A DNA stretch of 64,000 bases from positions 138,273 to 202,272 of IMG/VR virus record IMGVR_UViG_3300046318_000439; one strand, written 5' to 3'. A program made the translations under genes and the position numbers. Origin of the DNA: a virus. Taxonomy: Duplodnaviria; Caudoviricetes. Below the pieces are notes generated by a model. It saw only the letters and a program-made list of their open reading frames with translations, was not told the DNA's origin and ran no database searches. Shown in pieces: positions 57,441 through 64,000 of this stretch (positions within the stretch are counted from its first letter, which is position 1; each line of letters starts with the position of its first letter).

Positions 57441-57988
57441 TATTTAATAACGACTAGTTTAATCCACAATTCTTCGATAATGTTATTATGCTCTCTTAAA
57501 TATTTCTCAACAACATCTCTAGACTCTCCAACAAATTCTTTTTTGTACAATTGAGAAGGGGTATAATCCCACGAAACAATTTCAAAGTCTACGTTGAAAT
57601 AATCTCCCAATCGACTCGATGCTGCTCCTTGTTCTTTACAGAGGGCATTATGTTTTTTACTAAAAAGAAGAAGACCTCCTACGGTGATGGGTCTTCGATG
57701 AGTGGGGTCATCATAAAAGTAATCATGTCTATGGTGTGGTACACGGATATCAATAGTAGCTCCATGTTTACACACTCGATATAATTCTTTTAAGCAGTGA
57801 AAATACCCTTCCCCTAGATGCTCGAGCACGTGGTGTGCTACGACTACCTCCACTGAGTTGTCCTCAAAGGGGAATACATCTTTTTCAAGATTTATGATAT
57901 AATCTGGATTTGCTAGCGGATCATAATCGCATGTGACGAATCCTTCAATCTTTGTACCACCTGAACCAATATTAATTTTCATACTCAC
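57440..57988 (-). CDS. class I SAM-dependent methyltransferase
   Basis: INIGSG, HHVLEHL, DDPTHRR. Confidence 0.85.
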   Translation of the reverse strand: MSMKINIGSGGTKIEGFVTCDYDPLANPDYIINLEKDVFPFEDNSVEVVVAHHVLEHLGEGYFHCLKELYRVCKHGATIDIRVPHHRHDYFYDDPTHRRPITVGGLLLFSKKHNALCKEQGAASSRLGDYFNVDFEIVSWDYTPSQLYKKEFVGESRDVVEKYLREHNNIIEELWIKLVVIK

Positions 57989-58018
57989 TCCATATTATAA
58001 CATAATATACTAATGTAT

Positions 58019-58026
58019 TATTTATA
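58019..58026 (-). promoter_or_regulatory. T4-type late promoter heading the transferase cluster
   Basis: TATAAATA 31 nt upstream of the methyltransferase start. Confidence 0.7.
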
Positions 58027-58048
58027 CAACTCTATAATCACTTCAAAG

Positions 58049-59395
58049 TTAGGTTGTTAGATGTATACCTGCTACGCCTCGATATTGCGCTGATATCTGA
58101 TTCCATGCCCCAAACCCACAAGCAGCAGATACTGGTGATAACTGAGATGTTCCGAAACCAAATATTGAGCCCCAATTTAACCCCCATCCCCATACATCAC
58201 CGTTCGTTTTAATCGCCATGCTAAATTGACTGCCGGTATCTACATAACACCAATCCGTGAATCCTCCAATAACTGATACTGGCGAAGATTTATCTACTGT
58301 TGTGCCATCGCCTAGATCACCGTCAAAATTTCTACCCCACGTCCATAACGTACCATTAGTTCGTATTGCTGCACTATGAGCAGACCCAGCGCTTGCTTGA
58401 CACCAATCGGTGAATCCCCCAACAACTGAAACTGGTGATAATCTACTAGTAGTAGTACCATCTCCTAATCGACCATTCACATTCCGACCCCATGCCCACA
58501 ACGTCCCATTAGTTCTTACTGCCAAATTATGACTGCCTCCAGCGCTTACTTGACACCAGTCAGTAAACCCACCAACAACTGATACTGGAGACGATCTAGT
58601 AAAAAGTGTATTATCTCCTAACCTACCATCTAGTCCATTGTATCCCCAAGACCACAACGTACCATTGGTTCTTACTGCCAAATTATGACAGTATCCAGCA
58701 CTTGCCTGACACCAATCAGTAAATCCGCCAACCACGGACACTGGTGATGATCTAGTAGAAGGTGTATTATCTCCTAACTGACCGTGAGAATTCGATCCCC
58801 ATGCCCATAATGTACCATTACAGCGCATTCCTAAACCATGGGTTGCTCCAGCGCTTACTTGACACCAGTCAGTAAACCCACCAACAACTGATACTGGAGA
58901 CGATCTATTTGTTGTGGTACCATCTCCTAATTGTCCAAAATTGTTTCTATCCCATGCCCATAAAGTACCGTTAGATCTTACCGCCAATCTGGCGTAAGTT
59001 CCAAGGCTTACTTGGCACCAATCGTCGAACGGAGAAATAAGCAGTGTAGGACAGCTGCAAAAAGAAGAGTCAACTCCATTGGTGTTTGGCGTCAACCCCC
59101 ATTGGTAGATATAACCTTGTATTTCATCAGTTCTTACGACACGACCGTCCAAAGTAACCCATCTTTTTTCACTTGATACGACAGGTATACCATACTCTCT
59201 GACAAAGTAAACATTACCTGCGCCTATATTATTATATACATAATTGTTAAGTAGAGATGGCAGGTCTTCAACTGTATCTACTACGATTGACCGGTCGCTA
59301 GTCGTATAACTGACTTGAGCAGCTACCATAGCTATATCTTCAGCTGGTGTGCCTTGTTGTAAGTTGTATATACAATTTTGTAGTTTATCTGACAT
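58049..59395 (-). CDS. RCC1/BLIP-II-like beta-propeller protein
   Basis: About seven 51-aa repeats SPVSVVGGFTDWCQVSAG..H....NGTLWAWG.N..G.LGD. Confidence 0.9.
   Translation of the reverse strand: MSDKLQNCIYNLQQGTPAEDIAMVAAQVSYTTSDRSIVVDTVEDLPSLLNNYVYNNIGAGNVYFVREYGIPVVSSEKRWVTLDGRVVRTDEIQGYIYQWGLTPNTNGVDSSFCSCPTLLISPFDDWCQVSLGTYARLAVRSNGTLWAWDRNNFGQLGDGTTTNRSSPVSVVGGFTDWCQVSAGATHGLGMRCNGTLWAWGSNSHGQLGDNTPSTRSSPVSVVGGFTDWCQASAGYCHNLAVRTNGTLWSWGYNGLDGRLGDNTLFTRSSPVSVVGGFTDWCQVSAGGSHNLAVRTNGTLWAWGRNVNGRLGDGTTTSRLSPVSVVGGFTDWCQASAGSAHSAAIRTNGTLWTWGRNFDGDLGDGTTVDKSSPVSVIGGFTDWCYVDTGSQFSMAIKTNGDVWGWGLNWGSIFGFGTSQLSPVSAACGFGAWNQISAQYRGVAGIHLTT
58334..58475. repeat. 142-bp exact repeat, copy 1 (identical to 63859-64000)
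   Basis: Base-by-base comparison shows no mismatch. Confidence 0.9.
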
Positions 59396-59396
59396 A

Positions 59397-60770
59397 TTAA
59401 GTCCAATACCTTAACCCGACCCCGAAATATTTGGGTGAGCTTACAGAGGTCCATCCACCCCCAGTACCAATTGAGATGGGAGAACAGCGACTAGTACCAC
59501 ATTGACCTAATACTAAAAAATTATTACTGCCCCATGCCCACAACGTACCGTCTGTTCTTAGACCTGTACTATGACCAAATCCAGCACTCACTTGGCACCA
59601 ATCCGTAAATCCTCCAATAACCGATACTGGAGACGATTTATTTGCAAATATAGTATTATCACCCAACTGGCCGAAATGATTTCGACCCCAAGCCCATAAA
59701 GTACCATTAGTTCGTATGGCTAAACTATGGTATGTACCAGCGCTTGCTTGGCACCAATCCGTAAATCCTCCAACGACTGATACTGGAGATAATTTATTAT
59801 TAGTATTACTTCCATCACCCAATCTACCATATGCACCGTATCCCCACGCCCATAATGTACCATTACTTCTTAATCCTAAACTATGTTGACCTCCAGCGCT
59901 TGCTTGGCACCAATCAGTGAACCCACCAAGGACTGATACTGGGGATGATCTATCATTGACTGTACCATCTCCTAAACGACCACATCCATTTTGTCCCCAT
60001 GCCCATAACGTACCATTAGTTCGTATTGCTAAACTGTGCTCATCACCAGCGCTTACTTGACACCAGTCATTTATGTCTCCAATTACCCTAATTGGGGACG
60101 ATTTAGTAGTAGTAGTACCATCTCCTAAACGACCAAATCCACCAGCCCCCCATGTCCACATAGATCCATCTTTTCGAATGCCCACACTATGTTTTGTTCC
60201 ACCAGCGCTTACTTGACACCAGTCAGTAAACCCGCCAACAACTGATACTGGAGATGATCTATCAATACCAGTATTATCTCCTAACTGACCACAGTCATTG
60301 AAGCCCCATGCCCAAAGTGTACTGTCCCGATCTATGCCCAACACACCGCCAGATCCTGCACTCAGCACACTCCAGTTTTTTATAGATGTAGTTGACGGTA
60401 ATGTCGTTGGCAGAAGTTCGCAGAATGCACAGTAACCTAACTGAACAAGCCCAGATCCCCAACCCCACACTTGTTGTAATGTTGTAGGAGTTACTACTGG
60501 TTCTCCATCTAATGTAACCCAACATCCATTAACTGCCATAACATGAACATCATTTTGTGTGATGTACACTACTGTTCCGTTAGGATACGTAGAAGAGGCG
60601 TTCAGTTGTAGGGGCAAAGAATCTACATCACTTACAGCAACGCAGTTGATAGCATCGATGTTTTTAACTGCGATGGATATTGCCAGCGCTTCCTCTGGAG
60701 TGTACACGCACGCGACATTGTTGGCGGCTGCATAAACTTTTTGATTGAGATTTGAAGTAAAACACAACAT
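59397..60770 (-). CDS. RCC1/BLIP-II-like beta-propeller protein
   Basis: Same 51-aa repeat; N-terminal domain of about 100 aa. Confidence 0.9.
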   Translation of the reverse strand: MLCFTSNLNQKVYAAANNVACVYTPEEALAISIAVKNIDAINCVAVSDVDSLPLQLNASSTYPNGTVVYITQNDVHVMAVNGCWVTLDGEPVVTPTTLQQVWGWGSGLVQLGYCAFCELLPTTLPSTTSIKNWSVLSAGSGGVLGIDRDSTLWAWGFNDCGQLGDNTGIDRSSPVSVVGGFTDWCQVSAGGTKHSVGIRKDGSMWTWGAGGFGRLGDGTTTTKSSPIRVIGDINDWCQVSAGDEHSLAIRTNGTLWAWGQNGCGRLGDGTVNDRSSPVSVLGGFTDWCQASAGGQHSLGLRSNGTLWAWGYGAYGRLGDGSNTNNKLSPVSVVGGFTDWCQASAGTYHSLAIRTNGTLWAWGRNHFGQLGDNTIFANKSSPVSVIGGFTDWCQVSAGFGHSTGLRTDGTLWAWGSNNFLVLGQCGTSRCSPISIGTGGGWTSVSSPKYFGVGLRYWT

Positions 60771-60771
60771 A

Positions 60772-61413
60772 TTATATGTTAGTTAATGCTTCTTCTTTTA
60801 TCTGGATACTAAGTATTTCGTCTACTGTTGATGCAGCATCGATTGAGGTACTAATACCAGCCTCCCAATCGAAGCTATCTTGAACGTGTTTCTGAATAGC
60901 TGCTATTATTGTTTGGATATCAGATTTAGTTAAATTAATCCATGCAATACCAAATTTCCAATTAATAGTATCGCTATCCTTCATAATTGTATATTGCTGA
61001 GTGAAAATGTTTCTTGCCTCACGTGTTGTGTCGAGAGAAACTTCTATGCCGTTTAACACTAAACGAATACCAGATACCTCTTTTTTCCATCTCTCTTCAG
61101 CTGCAAGCTGCTTGTAATTTACTCTTACACTCTCGATAGGATTAGGAACTATATCATAGGAAGCAATTGCTACGCCATTTTCAACAGACCACAACGGACC
61201 ATAATGGTAATGCGTTAGACGGTTGATAGCTGGTCTACTTTCTTGTACCAAGCATATTGTGGTATTATCATCGATTATAAGTGGCAATTCTTCTGGAGCT
61301 CTTCTTGGAAGAACTGCATCAACCCCCTCTTTACGTAATGATCCCTCGAATATACCTCGATTCCACTCCATTGGTCCAACTATTACTCGACCTTTAAATA
61401 CTACTGCATACAT
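60772..61413 (-). CDS. DUF4376-like tail fibre assembly-type protein
   Basis: C-terminal AEERWKKEVSG...DTTRE...WKFG..W..L...I...VQDSFDWE. Confidence 0.6.
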   Translation of the reverse strand: MYAVVFKGRVIVGPMEWNRGIFEGSLRKEGVDAVLPRRAPEELPLIIDDNTTICLVQESRPAINRLTHYHYGPLWSVENGVAIASYDIVPNPIESVRVNYKQLAAEERWKKEVSGIRLVLNGIEVSLDTTREARNIFTQQYTIMKDSDTINWKFGIAWINLTKSDIQTIIAAIQKHVQDSFDWEAGISTSIDAASTVDEILSIQIKEEALTNI

Positions 61414-61452
61414 TATACTCTCCTAAAATGCGCTATTGTGCTATTTATGTGG

Positions 61453-62775
61453 TCAATTTTTCCTGATTGCCAGCACATGTCCATTTCCGCCAACATCTAG
61501 GCTACACCATTTCGTTAAGCCACCCACGATCGATACTGGAGAAGATCTATTCACCGTAAATCCATCTCCAATCTGGCCAAAACATGAAGGACCCCAGGTC
61601 CATAAACTACCATCTGTTTTTATTGCAGATGTATGTTCATACGCGGCTACTAAACACCAGTTTGTAAATCCACCAACGACTGATACCGGAGATGATTTGT
61701 TTACTAAAGTGCTATCTCCAATCTGACCGCAGTTATTACCTCCCCATGCCCATATTGTGCCATTTGTTCGCAATCCAGCATTATGATATTTTCCAGCTGA
61801 AATTTGACACCAGTCAGTAAACCCGCCAACAACTGATACTGGAGATGATGTGTTGTTTGTTGAAGCATCACCTAACTGCCCACAATTGTTATATCCCCAT
61901 GCCCAAAGAGTTCCATTTTGTTTCAATGCAACAGTGTGTTTATGACCAGCCCCAACTTGACGCCAATCCGTAAATCCTCCAGCAACAGATACTGGCGAAC
62001 AACGATCAGTAGTGTCTACCACTCCTAGCTGTCCTTTACCATTATATCCCCACATCCACAAGCTTCCATCACAGCGTATGCCACCGCTATGGAATCCACC
62101 AGCACTTGCCTGACACCAGTCTGTGAATCCGCCAACTACTGATACTGGGGATATTGCGCCAGTAATAGTACCATCGCCTAATCTACCGTCGCCCGGAAAC
62201 CCCCATGCCCACATAGTACCATTGGTTCTTACTGCCAAACTATGATTGGAACCAGCACTTACTTGGCACCAATCTGTAAATCCTCCAACAACTGATACTG
62301 GTGATGATGTACTGGTGGTAGTATCATCTCCTAACAAGCCGTTGCTATTGCATCCCCACGCCCATAAAGTACCATTGGTTCTTACTGCCAAACTATGATT
62401 GGAACCAGCACTTACTTGGCACCAATCTGTAAATCCTCCAACTACAGATACTGGAGAAGATTTATCAACGGTGGTGTTATCTCCCAATTGACCATTGCCG
62501 TTGTTGCCCCAGCTATAAAGAGAAACATTATCGGAAGTTGTCCAATATATGGCTTGCCATCTAACTCCATTGCTCCAATAGATGGTTTTATCGTTTTCAA
62601 TGTAGTACAACTTACCTTCATTAATAGCTGGATCTGGAAGCACATCATTCGTGTCCCCAAATATTACACCAACGTTTAGCTGCTCTAATGTTTTTGAAAG
62701 AGTAAGATGATCTAGCCCCGTACAGCTACTCTGCATTGCTTGTTCTAACGGTTTTATAAAATTTATTAGATTCAT
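61453..62775 (-). CDS. RCC1/BLIP-II-like beta-propeller protein
   Basis: Same 51-aa repeat; 75-bp exact internal repeat 62215-62289/62368-62442. Confidence 0.9.
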   Translation of the reverse strand: MNLINFIKPLEQAMQSSCTGLDHLTLSKTLEQLNVGVIFGDTNDVLPDPAINEGKLYYIENDKTIYWSNGVRWQAIYWTTSDNVSLYSWGNNGNGQLGDNTTVDKSSPVSVVGGFTDWCQVSAGSNHSLAVRTNGTLWAWGCNSNGLLGDDTTTSTSSPVSVVGGFTDWCQVSAGSNHSLAVRTNGTMWAWGFPGDGRLGDGTITGAISPVSVVGGFTDWCQASAGGFHSGGIRCDGSLWMWGYNGKGQLGVVDTTDRCSPVSVAGGFTDWRQVGAGHKHTVALKQNGTLWAWGYNNCGQLGDASTNNTSSPVSVVGGFTDWCQISAGKYHNAGLRTNGTIWAWGGNNCGQIGDSTLVNKSSPVSVVGGFTNWCLVAAYEHTSAIKTDGSLWTWGPSCFGQIGDGFTVNRSSPVSIVGGLTKWCSLDVGGNGHVLAIRKN

Positions 62776-62787
62776 TTATTTGTTTAA

Positions 62788-64000
62788 CTACCTTCTAACA
62801 ATTCCTACTCCCCATCGGCAACCTAAGGAGACTGATGACCACCCACAGATAGATGTAACTTGAGTTGGAGAGCTACGCTCTATTGTTGAACCGTTACCTA
62901 ATTGACCTTGTGAGTTGCATGCACCCCATGTCCACAACGTTCCATCCGTTTTGATAGCAGCAACAAGCTCTGGGAAGCTTTCTACTCCAGAAGCTACTTG
63001 ACACCAATTTGTAAATCCGCCTAGAACATACACTGGTGAACGAGCACTACTTATAACACCAGCTCCAAGGGCATTACCACCATTACGTCCCCATCCCCAC
63101 AGCGTTCCGTCATTTTTGATTGCAAAAACTTGGGAGGATCCACTACCCACATCACACCACGTGAATCCCCCAACAACAGATACTGGTGATGAATGCGAAG
63201 TAAACGAACCACCATCTCCTATTTCTCCTACACTACCGGTACCCCACGCCCATAATGTACCGTTGCATCTTAATGCGTGCACATGAGTATCTGTTGTTAC
63301 ACCACAACACCAATCCGTAAACCCGCCAACGACTGATACTGGAGATGAACTTGCACCGCCGGTGGAATTGTTTCCTAAACGCCCATATTGATTTAATCCC
63401 CATGTCCACAGTGTACCATTACATCTTATTCCTAGACTGTGAGTTGAGCCCGCACTTGCTTGGCACCAATCTGTAAACCCGCCAACAACTGACACTGGAG
63501 ATGAGAAGTTAAATATCGGCTCAATACCAGCTGCATGCAATTGGTATTGATTGCGTCCCCATACCCATATCCTTCCATCACAGCCCAATGCAGTTGTAAC
63601 AGATGATCTTATATTAGGGCACTGCCACAACAATCCACCAACGACTGATACTGGAGACGATCTATTTGTTATTGTGCCATCTCCTAACTGGCCGTTGCCA
63701 TTTGTGCCCCATGCCCACAGAGTACCATTGGTTCTTAATGCTAACGTGCTTTGAAATCCAGTACTTACCCGACACCAATCGGTAAATCCTCCAACCACAG
63801 ATACTGGCGATGACCTAGCAACAGTAGTATTGTTTCCTAATATACCATTGTAAGCAGCACCCCACGTCCATAACGTACCATTAGTTCGTATTGCTGCACT
63901 ATGAGCAGACCCAGCGCTTGCTTGACACCAATCGGTGAATCCCCCAACAACTGAAACTGGTGATAATCTACTAGTAGTAGTACCATCTCCTAATCGACCA
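62788..64000 (-). CDS. RCC1/BLIP-II-like beta-propeller protein, 5'-truncated by the window end
   Basis: Frame stays open from 63798 to the window end (GRLGDGTTTSRLSPVSVVGGFTDWCQASAG...). Confidence 0.88.
   Translation of the reverse strand, partial: GRLGDGTTTSRLSPVSVVGGFTDWCQASAGSAHSAAIRTNGTLWTWGAAYNGILGNNTTVARSSPVSVVGGFTDWCRVSTGFQSTLALRTNGTLWAWGTNGNGQLGDGTITNRSSPVSVVGGLLWQCPNIRSSVTTALGCDGRIWVWGRNQYQLHAAGIEPIFNFSSPVSVVGGFTDWCQASAGSTHSLGIRCNGTLWTWGLNQYGRLGNNSTGGASSSPVSVVGGFTDWCCGVTTDTHVHALRCNGTLWAWGTGSVGEIGDGGSFTSHSSPVSVVGGFTWCDVGSGSSQVFAIKNDGTLWGWGRNGGNALGAGVISSARSPVYVLGGFTNWCQVASGVESFPELVAAIKTDGTLWTWGACNSQGQLGNGSTIERSSPTQVTSICGWSSVSLGCRWGVGIVRR
63859..64000. repeat. 142-bp exact repeat, copy 2 (may extend beyond the window)
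   Basis: Identical to 58334-58475. Confidence 0.9.

Noticed and set aside
1238-63754. Short plus-strand and nested ORFs in the track (for example 38427-38834, 14421-14789, 28766-29203, 15861-16262)
   Set aside because: Antisense or alternate-frame shadows of well-supported genes or tRNAs, with no motifs or RBS
58049-64000. Diversity-generating retroelement in the propeller array
   Set aside because: The repeats I compared are exact, not adenine-mutated template/variable pairs, and no reverse transcriptase is in the window
58049-64000. CRISPR array
   Set aside because: Repeats recur in frame at about 153 nt within long ORFs; these are coding repeats
1-64000. Stop-codon reassignment
   Set aside because: Core genes are full length under the standard code, all three stops terminate genes, and no suppressor tRNA was seen

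Overview
A 64-kb segment of a large T4-like myophage genome. Almost all genes are on the minus strand, with cyanophage-like synteny. In transcription order (right to left): an array of RCC1/BLIP-II-like beta-propeller genes with a DUF4376-type fibre-assembly gene; a late-promoter-driven cluster of methyl-, glycosyl- and sulfotransferases; the neck/terminase/tail/head block (gp13-gp23); gp3, uvsY, uvsW, gp55, gp47, gp46 and def; a 7-deazaguanine/nucleotide-metabolism cluster (queE, PRTase, folE, DpdL-like, TGT/DpdA-like, dNMP kinase, dUTPase-like); gp45, gp44, gp62 and regA; a tRNA cluster interrupted by two HNH genes and containing non-canonical RNAs; a B12 radical SAM gene; an hsp20 stress cassette; then gp43, queD, uvsX and gp41. 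The hsp20/DUF3563-like cassette suggests a betaproteobacterial, possibly freshwater, host (inference). Top leads: (1) a QueC-less deazaguanine pathway co-located with a dNMP kinase and a PRTase, possibly replacing G with 7-deazaguanine at the nucleotide level; (2) a late glycan/sulfate decoration operon next to shuffled RCC1 propellers that share a 142-bp identical segment; (3) a Thr(UGU) tRNA with a long variable arm and a tRNA-mimic RNA lacking D and anticodon arms. All family assignments come from motif recognition by eye; no database searches were run.
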